Below, in pieces: positions 1-13,615 of a stretch of DNA of 64,000 nt (positions are counted from its first letter, which is position 1; every line of letters begins with the position of its first letter). This stretch comes from Patellaria atrata CBS 101060. Its lineage: Eukaryota. The stretch lies in the NCBI GenBank assembly GCA_010093705.1, contig MU006099.1:186001-250000 (forward strand). Direction: 5' to 3'. Below the pieces are notes generated by a model. That model was not told the origin of the DNA, ran no database searches, and saw nothing but the letters and a program-made list of their open reading frames with translations. The position numbers were made by a program, and so were the translations under genes.

Positions 1-602
1 TAGCTATGTGGATTGCGCCTACCAGGATGGATTCGTACGGATATCGTATAAGGGTAACTAGCTATCTCTCTTTCCTATAAGGGTTGGCATTTCTCGGTCT
101 TTGTACGCTCCGTGAGTAAGTACTGGTGGCCTTGTCAAGTTTGAAGTATCAACTGAGTTTGGCTGTTCTTAAATTAAGTCTTGCCCAAGAATGGGATCTC
201 TTGGTACTATATACTCTAGGTTTAACTATACAGTACGATGAACGCGATGAGGAGGGGGTGACAGCTGAGTATTCTGTGCTGTCGAAGAAACATAATATGG
301 CTGAATAACCTAGCAGTAGAGCTATATGAGGGTCACCCGCTCTGGTGCCGAAGAGTTACGTAGAAAGTCAATTATGAAAGAGATTAATTTCAGATTCAGC
401 TTCGAATTACGGAACTGTCCAGTATGAGGTTGAGGCCGGAAAAGGCGCGCTTTAACGCCGAGGCATCTGGTAACACCTCATTAGCTTGGTGCTTTGACCA
501 GAACAGCGAACTTCACAAAGACCAGCGGCACCACCTCTAAATAACTCTTAACGTACTCGGCACTTACGATGCATTTACAGGAATATTCTGCTCCAAGTTA
601 TC

Positions 603-3541
603 ATGAATATCACGCCCGAACTACCCAACGGCACCCCCAGTCAACCGCTTCTTCCTCCGGCTACGCCTTCCAAAGATTCGCTACCGACACCAGCATTGAC
701 CCCAATTGTTGAGCGGCCACATAACGATGAGGATGAATATTTCGCAGGAGAGAAAGGAATCTATAAGGAACAAAGTACGAGGAATATAACAACCGACAGG
801 GTACCCGGAGGTCAAGTAAATGAAACGGGACAAAGGACAGTTGGCTTATCCGCCAATATGCAATCTATAGAGATTTCGGAAGATCAGCGGAAGAGGAATA
901 TTGCAAAGATTAGTTCCCCACCTATGGGTCATATGGAAAGCAACAAAGTACTCAAGCTATCCCCAGCGCAAATTCAAGAACTCACTTCGTCACCGTCATC
1001 AGCTCCCTTGCGCCCAGTATCTTCGTCTCGCGGTGGAGCAACCCCATTACTTGAACCCTTAGTGGAACCAGAGACCAACGGTAGAACTATAGATCGCAAT
1101 GACTTGGGAATTCCCGAGAAATATCCTTTGTTCTCAACGGGTGTGAGAGAAAAGAGTACGTCTGCCAGTAATGGTTCACGGTTAGAAGACACCAAACTCT
1201 TGCCAGATCTTCCATCTATAAAAGCTACACCTGGTGCCGTTAAGATTTCTCGTCCTTTGATGTCCTCGAGAGCGGTATCTACCCCTCCTGTAATGCGTCG
1301 AAGGGCATCCTCCAATCGCGGCCCTGCCGTGAAACATGACAGTAGCACGCCGAAGCAAAACCGTTCGTTACTCCCCTCAATAGAATTTGAGGATTCCAAA
1401 AATGCGAAACCTAATGGATCTGATATCCCTTCAAGGGAAGATGCTGCGTCGCCCATGCCTCCAACTATTCCATTGCCTCCAATGTCCATGCCTACATATC
1501 TTCAATTGGAATTGTCATCAGAAAGACCTCCTCCTGTGTATATACATCGATCTGCTACGAGCGACTTTCCTTACGAATCTTCTAAAGTTAAGTTTGAGCG
1601 TTTGTTGAACTTCTTAATCTTACCACCCATGGTGGAACGGGTGCTTTGGTTTGGTGCGTTGGCATGTCTCGACGCGTGGCTCTACACTTTTACAATCCTT
1701 CCTCTTCGCTTTTTAAAAGCTTTGATATTACTCGCGCGGTGGTGGTCGGGAAATGCTGTGCAAGAGGCTAAAGACCTAGCCGCTTTCGTTTATCGTGGTC
1801 TTGGAAGGCTTTGGCGGCGGCGCAAAGCTAGGTCTGATATCTCTACAACATCTACGCCTGCAGGGGACAAAGCTCAATCAAGAAGACCATCGCTTTCCGG
1901 GCAATCAGCACAGGGCACGGCGTCTTTGAAAGATGGGCTAAGCGTTACCACGAACATAGCACAGGAACCGAAACGTAACCGGCCGAGAGCCGCTTTCTAT
2001 AGACATCGCAGGACGAAATCAACCCCTTCATTATTGACACCCAATCATAAGGCGGATATTCTTAAGGGACTACTTGTATTATCAACATGTTTTATTCTTA
2101 TGCGGTTTGACGCAAGTAGAATGTATCATGGCATTCGTGGTCAAGCTGCTATCAAGCTTTATGTTATTTATAATGTTCTAGAAGTAAGTTCAATCCCGTG
2201 AAAGCAGAGATCAAATACTTATATTAATTTTAGGTTTGTGACCGTTTATTCTCTGCCATTGGTCAAGATGTCTTAGAATGTCTCTTCTCTCGCGAAACGC
2301 TTGAACGAAATGCAGACGGTCGCAGCAAAATTCTCCGTCCGTTCTGGATGTTTCTTCTTGCTCTAACTTATACAGTTATCCACTCAACAGCTCTTTTTTA
2401 TCAAGTCATTACCCTGAACGTGGCGGTCAATTCGTACTCCAACGCCTTACTTACGCTACTGATGTCGAACCAATTCGTGGAAATTAAAGGCACAGTCTTT
2501 AAGAAGTTTGAAAAGGAAAACTTATTCCAGTTGACGTGTGCAGACGTCGTTGAACGCTTCCAACTGTGGCTGATGCTTATGATCATTGCTCTGCGGAACA
2601 TCGTGGAAGTAGGGGGCTTAAGCATTTCATTGGGACAATCGATCGGATCCGGTAGTGCGAATAGCCTAGGGGGGAACGCGACAAGTGGCCCGCTTAGAGG
2701 AAGTAGTATCATACCGAAGAGTTTTACAATCTTTCCTAAGTGGACCGGTCAAGTTTTAGGACCCTTCTTACTGGTCCTGGGAAGTGAAATGCTCGTAGAC
2801 TGGCTTAAGCACGCCTACATCAACAAGTTCAATAACACGAAGCCCGCCATATATGGCCGGTTCTTGGACGTACTAGCGAAGGACTATTATTCTCATGCTT
2901 TCGCAGATCAGAGTCTAACAAAACGCCTCGGTTTACCCGTTCTGCCGCTCTCATGTCTTTTCATCAGGGCATCCCTCCAAACATACCACATGTTTCTTGC
3001 GACACATATGCCGCTTCCGCTCCCCTCGACGGCAACTTCTCTCGTCGAGTCAGAGTCGACAGCTGAACCTGCTACTACTGCAGCTCTCGCCCACATTGAC
3101 CAGCTCTTCCGCCGCGCACTAGGTCGTAGTTCTTGGGGTGGTGGGTCAGGTGACGAAGCCACGGAGGGTTTTAGCTGGTTCAATGTCGATGATATCATCG
3201 CATTAGCGACCATGCTCATAGTCTTCCTTGTCATATTTCTAACCCTCTTGGCCATAAAATTGTGCCTGGGCATGGTGTTACTGACATATGCACGTGCGCG
3301 TTATAGGGGCATGAAGGTCAGGGAGAGCATGAGTGTTGATACGGGTGGGAAGAGAGTCGGGGGTTGGGGCGTAGTAGAAGTGGATGAGGATAAGAGACGA
3401 TGGATCTATAAGGATGATCCAGAAGGGTTGAAGGCACTCAGGGACAGGGAGGCTAGGGCAAGGGAAAGGGATGCGAAAGGAGGCGGAGACTCTCTTGGAA
3501 GCGTTAGCAGGTATTCTATGGTTGCTAAGAGGATCTGGTAG
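603..3541 (+). CDS. EMP65: ER membrane protein Emp65/TAPT1 (DUF747) family; 2 exons, intron 2184-2233
   Basis: ORFs 603-2201 and 2348-3541 join across GTAAGT(2184)...TAG(2233), giving YNVLE|VCDRLFSAIGQDVLECLF. Family-typical motifs DASRMYHGIRGQAAIKLYVIYNVLE, NSYSNALLTLLMSNQFVEIKGTVFKKF and SEMLVDWLKHAYINKFN. Confidence 0.9.
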
Positions 3542-4160
3542 GACACTTGGAGTGTAACATATTAGTCTATATTCATATCAAAGAGTTGTAGGACCACTAG
3601 TCGGATTCAAGACTAGTGGGATACACAGATTACAAAGACGATTAACTCCAATTCCAACCTCGCCCGAACCTAAGCAATGCCGTACAACAACTAACTGAAC
3701 AGCAAACCTCTTCATTGCTTAAACATCCAATGGTTTCAATAAGAACGTTAGAACTGTACTCGTTAAATGGAGTACAGTATAGTTATATCAAACGAGGTTC
3801 ACTCCTAGAACTAAGGCAGCCGTTGATCCTTCCTTAGGCTACCTCGGCAACTTGTAGTCGCTCAGCATTGACACGTCTTGCTAATTTTTCAACGTCACTC
3901 ATTTTCATGTCCAGCTCTTCTCAGTATTTTCCCTTTTTGGAATATCAATGGCACAGTGGAGAGTCCAATTGAACTAGCCCATGATATAGATAACTTAAAC
4001 GCGGTCATTAGGAGCTCTACTCATTGTCCCATCAACTACACACCACCCTTAACCCCCTCATAGCCCCCGTCATCATATTATCATACAAATTTCTCACTCA
4101 GCATCACCCATCCCATTTCCACCCAATCACACCCCTCCCCTATCCTCCCACCCAACCACA

Positions 4161-5291
4161 ATGGGCTTCTTCACATCCCACCCCCTCAAAGCCCTCTATG
4201 TTCTCTTAGCCGTCCCGATCCTCCTTGCCCGCTTCCCCCTTTGGTTCCTCATCTACACCATCCCCCGCTTCCGCCCCGTCCCCTCTTGGTCGCTCAAGCA
4301 AGCCCTCCTCGTCCGCACCACCCGTGCCGTCATCAGCATCCACTCCACCATCGAGATGCGCACTCCACTCCCTCTTACCCCTACCGAAAAAGAGAAAAAG
4401 CGCTTCGTCCTGGTCCCTCCAGCGCCGGAGAAGTATCTCATAGGCCCTTTAGGAAGCGGGACGACGGGCGTGAAGCCCGAGAGCCTAGGAGCGCTATGGT
4501 ATCCCAGCCTACCGGAACGGGAAGGGGTAGGGAAGGACAACGTAGTAATCCTGCACCTCCACGGCGGCGCCTTCGTAGTCGGCGACGCGCGTCCCCAGGC
4601 CTCAGGTTTCATGGCCAAACTCTTCCTCACGCACAGCAGCGCATCCCGCGTCTTCAAACCCGCTTACCGTCTCTCCGCCGAGCCGCACTCCGCTCCATTC
4701 CCCGCCGCGATCCAGGACTCTCTCGCCGCCTACATGTACTTGCTCCATGAATGCGGTGTCAGCCCCGAGGACATTATCCTAAGCGGGGACAGTGCAGGCG
4801 GCAATCTCGTCATCGCGCTCCTGAGATACCTGCATGAGTACGGCGGGGAATTACACATTCCACTCCCCAGAGCCGCGTGGTTGTTTTCGCCCTGGCTGGA
4901 CCTCGTTGCCATATCCCCGAACCACCTCCGCTCGAACCCGCACCACAATTCCGATATCCTCCCCGGCGGTCTTGGCGGCTGGGGTGTCCGCGGCTACACG
5001 GCCAATGGCGCCATTCCCCTCCATAACCCGTATATCCTGCCCCTCATGGAGCCGTTTCGCTGCCCGGTGCCGTTGTTCGTGGCGATCGGGGAGAGAGAGG
5101 TGTTGTGGAAGCAAGACATGTTGTTTGTCGAGCGGTATAGGGAGGTGGGGGCCAGGGTGGAGGTTTTTGTCCAGCAGGACGCGCCGCATGATGTGTGCCT
5201 TTTGGGGAATTTGTTGGGGTTTGAGGATGTGGCGAGGGAGACTGTTCGTAGGGCGGATGAGTGGGTTAAGAAGGCGAGCGTACGGCTATGA
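4161..5291 (+). CDS. alpha/beta hydrolase, hormone-sensitive-lipase-type esterase
   Basis: 376 aa intronless ORF. HGGAF oxyanion motif, YRLS, GDSAGG nucleophile elbow, SPW, late E and H (APHD). Hydrophobic N-terminus. Confidence 0.9.
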   Translation: MGFFTSHPLKALYVLLAVPILLARFPLWFLIYTIPRFRPVPSWSLKQALLVRTTRAVISIHSTIEMRTPLPLTPTEKEKKRFVLVPPAPEKYLIGPLGSGTTGVKPESLGALWYPSLPEREGVGKDNVVILHLHGGAFVVGDARPQASGFMAKLFLTHSSASRVFKPAYRLSAEPHSAPFPAAIQDSLAAYMYLLHECGVSPEDIILSGDSAGGNLVIALLRYLHEYGGELHIPLPRAAWLFSPWLDLVAISPNHLRSNPHHNSDILPGGLGGWGVRGYTANGAIPLHNPYILPLMEPFRCPVPLFVAIGEREVLWKQDMLFVERYREVGARVEVFVQQDAPHDVCLLGNLLGFEDVARETVRRADEWVKKASVRL

Positions 5292-7508
5292 CTGGAAGCA
5301 GTCCATTTTCTGAAATTTTTAATATTTTTTTCTTTGGAGGGGGAGGATGAGAGTGTGAGAAGTGAGAGGTCGGATTTAGGAGAAAGACTTATGTGCGAGA
5401 GGTTTCTTATAGTGGAAGGTCTTATGTGGAGGGTTCCAAGTGAGGGGATCTCACATTTGAGGGCTACCTACTAGCCTTATACCAGAAGGGATTAACCTCT
5501 CTTCCTCCAGCACTGAATAAAAACTTCACACGATATAAAATCTACAAGTATACCCAGCCCTCTCATCAGATGGATAACGAGGCACAAAAAACCGAAGAAC
5601 AACAACGGTAGTTATCAAGCCCTGGCGTAGAACTATAACTTTCCGAAAAGGAATGACGAGAAGATAAATAGAATTCCCGCCTACCATAGTACTATATATC
5701 TCTGTAAAACACAAGATCTCACCCCGCATGTCGAAGAAGTACCAGCATACCCAGCTACATCCGCCCTCGAGGTCGCTGGGAAACCGGTTATCTGTCTTGC
5801 GATTGACTGCAACGTGGACGTTTGAGTTTTCTTTGTTTAGTAACAATATCTCCCTAGCCGTGTATGAGCGTGTCACATATTCACTTACCGCAAGGAGCGA
5901 GAGTGTACTACTGACAGGATTAGTGGTGCGGTGAAGGTTTTGGGGTCATGGGTGCGGAGTGTGTGTACTATCAGAATCCTAGAGGCAACGCGACCGATAT
6001 ACCTAGATCCCTGATGATCCATTAACATATGGACGGGTTCCGAATAAGCGCTGGTACACATGGGACCCAATCAATCCCACGCCGCCCAATGTTGCGGTAA
6101 TTGACTAACCCCCCTTTCCCCCCGGGGTTACCGAAGGTTCTCAATTAATCCTATTCGAGTCCTTACTAGAACCCTCGAATTAAACTGGAAACCCCAAGCC
6201 GAATCAGAACGAGCTGGGATCTCTCACCTCCTAGACATCGGCCCGATGCTGAAGAGTCTTGAAAGACGATAGAACGCTCTTGCTTCGGGAACGATATGTG
6301 GGATCTCGTCTACGGGCTGGACGATGGGTTGGTAATCGACTACTGCTTTGAGTCAGACTGGGATTAGTCGGTGCGTTGGTGACGAGGTTATGGGTTCGGT
6401 TGCTGTGGTCCGGAACTCGTAGTGTGGATTGTGGTTAAGGTTGGGGTTTCTGGGACGGAGGTGAGGGATTGGTCATTGCGGGAGGTTGGAGAAGGTGTCG
6501 TGGGTCGCTGACACGGGTTCTAATTTAGGGTTGTTGAGGTTTTACTATGCTAAAGCATAGGAATAGTGAGGGTTGTGGGATGGCTGCAAGGGGGTATCTT
6601 TGGGTTTTGTAGTTGGCGTGGGTTACCAGTAAGTTGGGTAAGAATTGGGAGGAGAAATGGGAACTGGGGTAAGGATGGGGAGGAGAACTCGGGTAAGGTT
6701 GGGGGGGGATTGAGAAGGCATATGCGGGTTGTAGGGAAAATAGATGACTAGATGGGAGGCTATTGGTCTAGCAGGATCAAAGAAATTGAGAACAGTTGTG
6801 AACGTGTGGTGTTCTCTTGAACAGACGCGCTAGAAATAGAAGCGCCAGAACGCTTGATTATGAAAGGGCTGGAAGTGATAAAGCGGCAGGAACTGATTAG
6901 TTGGTCATTTAGCTGTGGCTTCACGACTCGAGCAAGGAATGGGTATATGTTCGAATAATGTTATAAAGCACTCTGCTCTGATCCATCGATTTGATTGACG
7001 CATGGTAAAAGGGGAAGGTTGCAAAAGGTCAACTTTAACTTAATATCAGTGAGGAACAATTCAAGGTTTCGCCCAAGGGGACTATTCAGATTGATTTTTC
7101 TAACTCAACGGGTAGAAGACAGATCAAATTCAATAACTCGATCCTACCCATTACTTATCTATTCCACCGCAAAATCCCTGATGACACATTTTTATTCAAC
7201 CATCCGATAGACAGCCAATAACTCCGGAAAGTGAAGTGAGCAATCCAATATGCGCCACAGAGAGCCATAAAGAGTCTCATGTGTGTTGTATGCAAAATCA
7301 CGGAGAAGAACATGATCCAGCTGATGATTGATAGAACCTGGTTGATAACGGAGAGGACAGTCAACATGACCACTATGATGATCTCAAGGTAGTAGACAGA
7401 AAGGATCGGTGAAAATAAAGGATTCTCCGCTGAAGACAATTGCCGTGCAAGGGGTATAGCTGCGGACAAGCCGAAGCCACCGAAACAACAGTGAGGATTC
7501 TGGTCTCG

Positions 7509-10292
7509 CTACATTGGCTCATCTTCCACGTAGGCGTTGAGGCTAGCTTCGAACCTGGAAGGACCAGGTGCGGGCGACATCACCAAAGTACGTTCAAAAG
7601 TGCCACGGTGTTGAGGAATAACCTTATCCAAGTTCTTCAAGACCTTTTGAGCCTCTAAGAGTTGAGCTTTCTCCTTCTTCAGGTGGATGCGGCGGCGTTC
7701 TCGCTCTGGATCCTCAGCGAGAAGTTGAACGCAACGATTTTGGACTAGCAAGTAACCATGTTAATGAAAAGTCATCGCAATAAAAGATATGCATACGTAC
7801 GATCGCTACCATGAAGTTCTAGTTTAGTAGTAATCTCGTCAGAGAGATGCTTCTTCAGTCCCTCAAAGAGCTCCGCTTGAACGCACTTGACGATAGTATT
7901 AACGAAACTCTGGCAAACAACGTTGTAATAACCTCGGACACGCGACATAGCGGTGATCTCTCGATGAAAGGGATCTGTGATATCGAGCCACTTCTGGCGG
8001 TCGTTCTTCCCAAGTAGCTTACGGTAATATTCCTCCGCAGGGAATTTCTCTGCGGCTTTATCATTCATCTTCAACTGAAATTCATGCAATTTCTCGGCAC
8101 GACTATTACGGAGGGAGTCCAGCTCTTTCTTTTCCTGTTCTTCTAATCCTTCTTCATCCATGCTAAGTGGCTTATAGCGTTCCCAGAGCAAGGCGCGGGT
8201 AGCAATTATACGTTGCTCGTCGACCAGTTTAAGAAGAAAGGTACTAGAAATGTCACGGGTCTTCTTCGCAAAATCGGAACCTAGCCAACGGGAGAAACTA
8301 TTATTAAATGCTATCTCGACGTGACTTAATAATCCGTCCATCGTCGCGTCGAGGAATACCATAGTGGGGACATCCCATTCACCGAGGCTAATACTGATAA
8401 GGTGGTCAATAGCAGCAGGGTCCACTTCTCCAGGACGGTCTGAGGAGCGGAATTGGCGCAGAATACCTCGGATCTGGTCTAGTTCATAGATGATGTCTGC
8501 TGGTGCCTGAGGAATCCTGGCCGAGTTTAAAGTCGGTGTATCGAGGACTGATCCAGAATTAAGCTTCCGCTTCTTAGGTGTTACAGGCGGCTTCCGCGGA
8601 GTGGATGGAGCCTCATCATACTCGGAACCGCTGTCGATCGAGATCGGATTGTGTTTTACATGTGCCTGAGAAGCCTTCCGACGCTTGATTTCGAAATCTC
8701 GTAAATCGGCTGACTCCTCAGCAGAACGAGGCATGATCTTGGGCCGAATGTTCATAAGAGACTTGCGGAACTTCTGGGCTTGCTCACGCCACTCGTGTTT
8801 GAAGCTTGGTGTTTGTGAGTCCTTTTGAAAAGAGGGAATACCCTCTATTCCGTTACGGACGTCGTAGGCAAATTGAGAGATGGTATCCTTTACAGTATGT
8901 ACAGCGGTTGCACTGGGAGGATCTGGAAGCGTTACCAATTCCTCTTCTATGTTAGCTAGCTTAAGGCTCAGTTGCATCTTCATGCCCGGAACACTGGAAA
9001 ATGTTAGAGAACCAGTAGGATATATAAGAATTTATATCTCACCTCTCTTTCATAAGTGCTGCCAGCATGTTGGACAGCTCGGCAGTGAGTTTTGTGGTGC
9101 CGAACCTATCACTGAAGCGTCTATACTCTGGCAACCAGCTGTCGAAGAAGCTCTGCTCTCGAGCTCTGGCTTCCTGATGGGTAATTTCTTGTTCCAGCTC
9201 TTCTGGCGAAGGCTGTTTCGTCACGAAGCACTTATATCCAAAATTGAAGGCCTTCCCGGCCATGATCTCCTCCCACACTTTGGACGGCTTCTTTCCTGTT
9301 GGGAGACGGTCAGGTTTTGTGATTACCCCGATGGTCCGTGCCATTGCGCCCTCGATCGATTTTATTAGAGGGAGAGCATTGGAATTCTCCACGTCACTCT
9401 CCATAGACATTGCTAGGAGAATGAGGGTATTCTGTTGGGATATTGTGTCTGTCACAAGAGCTCTAACTAGAGCGGGAAGGTGTTCTTTAGAGGCACCGTT
9501 CATGAGGTTAACGACGCCGGGAAGGTCAAACAGGGAAAGATTCGGGAGACCTTTATGGACGATCTTGATCCAATTAGCTTTTCGACACTGTTAGGCAGGT
9601 TCACAGTCACTCACCTCCACTTTGACGATGTTTGGCGAGAAATCCACCTGCATATTAGTGGGATCCACTGGCGCAGAAATATATTTGGTAGGGGGGTCCC
9701 TCGGATTGAGGATGGCTAATTGAGCTCGTCTTAGAACGTCTTCCAACTCGTCGGGACGTTGGACAGCCTTGAAAAGTGTAATCTCTGGGGATTCTCTCAG
9801 AACCCAAGGTGCTAAAGGGTGGATCTGGGCTGATTTCTGGTCGTTGAAGTAGTAATACTTCTTTACCAAAGAGACGTTCGCTACCCAGCTGTCATGCCCG
9901 TCTGAATCGGAAGTCGAGGTGTTGATGTGTAAAATACACCTGGTGCAGGTGCCGGTGTCTCTAGGTACTGTGACACCGCTAATGCCCTCAATAAGAGAGC
10001 TCTTCCCAGCGGATTGGTCTCCAACAGCTACTATCGATGGAACCGCGATGTCAGACATTTCGACACCCAAAGCCTCAAGCTTTCGGGCAGCCTCGATGAG
10101 CTCTTTATTGCCCCTCCCCAGCTCATTGAGCGGCCCGGAAAAATCTGTCATTTCAGTGTCGCCAGTATCGCAGCTTGATGGATTGGGTTGCGCACTCAGT
10201 TGTGAACTAGTTTGAGAACCACGATGGGATTCGGCGCGAAGGGTAACCTCTGAAACTTCCCTCTGCTCGTGATGTGTTCGTGTGGAGACCAT
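7509..10292 (-). CDS. dynamin-related (Mx-like) large GTPase, multi-exon
   Basis: G1 GDQSAGKSS, G2 region TCTRC, G3 DLPG (read after the intron at about 9564-9614), G4 TKPD. GED-like C-terminus (GYYNVVCQSFVNTIV...LLAEDPE). ORF pieces are separated by GT..AG introns. Confidence 0.88.
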
Positions 10293-11563
10293 GACTACGA
10301 GCTGAAGAAAGATGCAAAGATAGGTAGACAGGTGAGTACGTCAAGATACGACACGACGACGTTTGTTGAAGAAGTTTAGAGGTAGAACAGAAGAAATAAG
10401 CTGTTATGCGGCAGCTTGGTAGACGCGTTTGTTGACGTACGAAGCGATATTGTTCAAACGGATGTGCTTGACGGAAGCCAAGAATCGAAGATGCGAGAAA
10501 GGGGCAAAGTAAAAGGTCACAGCACGTGGAAGAAGCCTGTTTGAGCAAACGAAGTACAGGATCGCATAGAACTCGATACCAAGTGCCGTATTTATTCGGT
10601 TTAAGAATCTCACTGTACTGTTGCATGATCAATTGACATTATACTTATGATGCAAAGCAATAACTGCACGTAGGCCTAGTGCTGTGAAAGAAAGGGGAAG
10701 ATTGCGGTAGCTACCACATATATTGAAAAGTTGAGAGACGGTGAGATGAACATTATTGTCCGCCGTACGTTTGAAAGATACGTATAAGAATCATGAAGGT
10801 CCATAGCATTTCAATATAAATGTACGACAGCTCTTAGGAGATTAGGTACGAAGGTAGGTATTGATCTTTAGATATCTATCGAGGACAGTATCTCAGGAAT
10901 GAAGGGTATGATGTACTAAAGGTTATGTCCTCGAGAAGGGAAGGTCGAGAAGATGCCGTTGAAGAGGGAAATGTGATAGCTCCCATGATATCGCCTTTGC
11001 TTCCGTTTCACCATCTGCAACAATTGCGAGGTTAGACCTTGATTCAGTCATTAGGCATCAGTATACGCCCATGATATCCTCGAAGGCACTTGCTTCGATA
11101 TGTCAATTTCTATTCTTCCAGGCCATTATTAGTTCGATTGACGGGCCGAGTATTTATTGAAGGAAGACAATGCATCGGGTACGAGCCGGACGGCGGATAC
11201 GATGCGTTTGGAGTTGTCTATAAACAGAACCTCGCATATTTACATAGATGATTTCAAACGGAGATTTATGGTGAAGGGATGGGACGAGACGAAAGAGGAA
11301 GATGAGATGAGGTCAAGTTCAGGGGCACATCACGCGGAACCCATGAGCATTTTTTTCGAAGCTTCACCGCCTTCAAGCCACTCTTCCGTCTTTGTTTCTA
11401 GTTCTAGCATTCCCACCCTGCAGTTGAGCTTGCAGACTGCAGCTCAAAAAAATCAAAGACACCAAATTGTCAATACCATAAACGATTCCTAAGAACTTGA
11501 TACACTGTTGAGCAGTGACTGTGCCTTGGAGTTACCTCACGTCCACGCACTTTACGAAGCACA

Positions 11564-13142
11564 ATGAGTCTCCAGGTCCCTCTGAGGGGCAAGGCTCAGG
11601 CCAAGTCAACAAAGGCTGTCATTTTGGTAAATCGACTTCAATACTACAATTGAGACGAAAGCTAACAACTGTAGGTTGGAGGACCTTCTAGAGGAACAAG
11701 GTTCAGGCCATTGTCCTTGGATGTCCCAAAAGTGAGCTCTCATCTTCCTACCTGACCCCACTATCCACCAACGAAAGCCCTACCCTCTGAAGACAGGCAT
11801 CCCTTACAATGAGAGCCCTGTCTCTCAAAAGTACTCCTGGTCTTGGAAATAGGGCCATGCTAACTTCTATAGCCTCTTTTCGACGTAGCTGGCCATCCCA
11901 TAATCGAGCACTGTTTTCGCGCCATAGCCAAGATCCCTGAGATCAAAGAAGTCTTCATAATCGGCTACTACGACGAGACCGTCTTCCGGGACTTCATCAA
12001 AGACTCCTCTAAGTCTTTCCCACACATTCGGCTCTCCTACTTACGCGAGTACACAGCACTCGGCACAGCTGGGGGTCTATACCATTTCCGCGATGCCATC
12101 TTGAAAGGGAAGCCCGACCGCTTCTTCGTGCTGAACGCCGATGTCTGCTGCTCCTTCCCACTAGACCAGATGCTCAAACTCTTCGAGGAAAAGAACGCTG
12201 AGGCGGTCATCCTCGGCACACGAGTGAGCAATGAGGCTGCCAGCAACTTCGGCTGCATCGTCACCGACGCTCACACGAAGCGCGTTCTGCACTACGTCGA
12301 GAAACCGGAATCCCATATCTCGAACCTGATCAACTGCGGAGTCTATCTCTTCAGCACCGAAGCTCTTTTCCCCTCCATCCGTACCGCAATCAAGCGCCGC
12401 ACTGAGCGGCCCCGTCTGTATTCCTATCCCAGCAGCGACAACCTCGAGTCCTCCTTCTACGAAGCTGCGGCCGACGACGACGGCGAGGAGCAGAACGAGG
12501 TCATCCGGCTCGAACAAGATATCCTCGCCGACCTAGCAGATAGCCGTCAGTTCTTTGTGCTCGAGACGAAGGACTTCTGGCGCCAGATTAAGACGGCCGG
12601 CTCTGCTGTGCCGGCCAACGCGTTGTACTTGATGAAAGCGTTCCAATCCCAGTCCGAGGAGCTTGCCACGCCGTCTGCTAACATCATCCCACCCGTCTTC
12701 ATCCACCCGACCGCGACCGTCGACCCGACCGCCAAACTCGGGCCTAACGTTTCCATCGGTCCACGTGCAGTCATCGGGCCTGGTGTCCGCGTGAAGGAAT
12801 CCATTGTCCTCGAAGACGCGGAGATTAAGCACGATGCGTGCGTGCTGTATAGCATCGTGGGGTGGAACAGTCGTATCGGCGCTTGGGCGCGTGTCGAGGG
12901 TACACCGACACCGGTGAATAGCCACCAGACGAGCATCGTGAAGAACGGGGTTAAAGTGCAGAGTGTGACGATCCTGGGCAAGGAGTGCGGGGTTGGTGAT
13001 GAGGTCAGGGTGCAAAATTGTGTTTGTTTGCCATATAAAGAGTTGAAGAGGGTAAGTGGTCACTTTAATTTGTGTGATATGTTCGGGATGAGAATAAGCA
13101 CTGACTTTCCACTAGGATGTTGCCAACGAAGTCATCATGTAA
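11564..13142 (+). CDS. mannose-1-phosphate guanylyltransferase, alpha/regulatory-type subunit (GMPPA-like); 4 exons
   Basis: Spliced N-terminus KAVIL|VGGPSRGTRFRPLSLDVPK|PLFDVAG (introns 11627-11674 and 11732-11872). LNADVC, HYVEKP, C-terminal hexapeptide beta-helix. Last exon DVANEVIM* at 13116-13142. GGPSRGTRF is alpha-type rather than the GGYGTRL of PSA1. Confidence 0.88.
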
Positions 13143-13615
13143 GTGTCTATTGGGTAAGTTGCCATCGGAGTTCCGTGCATAGAAAAGGTACAATTTGGAA
13201 TGATATCGCTGCATAGCCAAAAATTCGGTATAGAGGTGTAGCGCGCTGTACTGCCTGCTCTTTGGTATCTCTTGTCTTAGCATGTACGTAGAACTACAGT
13301 AATGAACCAATCATCTTACTCCTCACCTTAAATGTTATATTGAATGGGTATGATTTCTGTACGGTGTATTTCCTGTCTAGGTGGGAGTACGCCACGGATG
13401 TAATCTTTATACAGATACGGGTTTGTACAGAATATTACTTTTGTACAGATAGAAAGTAGTGGCTTGATTTTAACTTTGCTGTTAGTATGAGCTTTTATTA
13501 TTGTACCGCTGTCTTTTGTACGGCTGTCTATTTATACAGTACGGCTGCCTTTTGTGCGGCTGCAATTATTTCACAGTATTATTACATTTCCCAAACCTTC
13601 CCTCCCTAAACTCCT

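Noticed and set aside
1..450. TA-rich start of the window as a RIP-degraded transposon
   Set aside because: No transposase or RT motif, terminal repeat or second copy visible in the window.
7155..7469. Hydrophobic 104-aa ORF just downstream of the dynamin gene
   Set aside because: Starts at TTG, lies in the expected 3' UTR, and has no recognisable motif or supporting paralog.
13495..13570. Short repeated units (ttgtacggctg) that could suggest an array
   Set aside because: About four degenerate 11-15 nt units with no regular unique spacers, in a eukaryotic convergent 3' region; not CRISPR-like.
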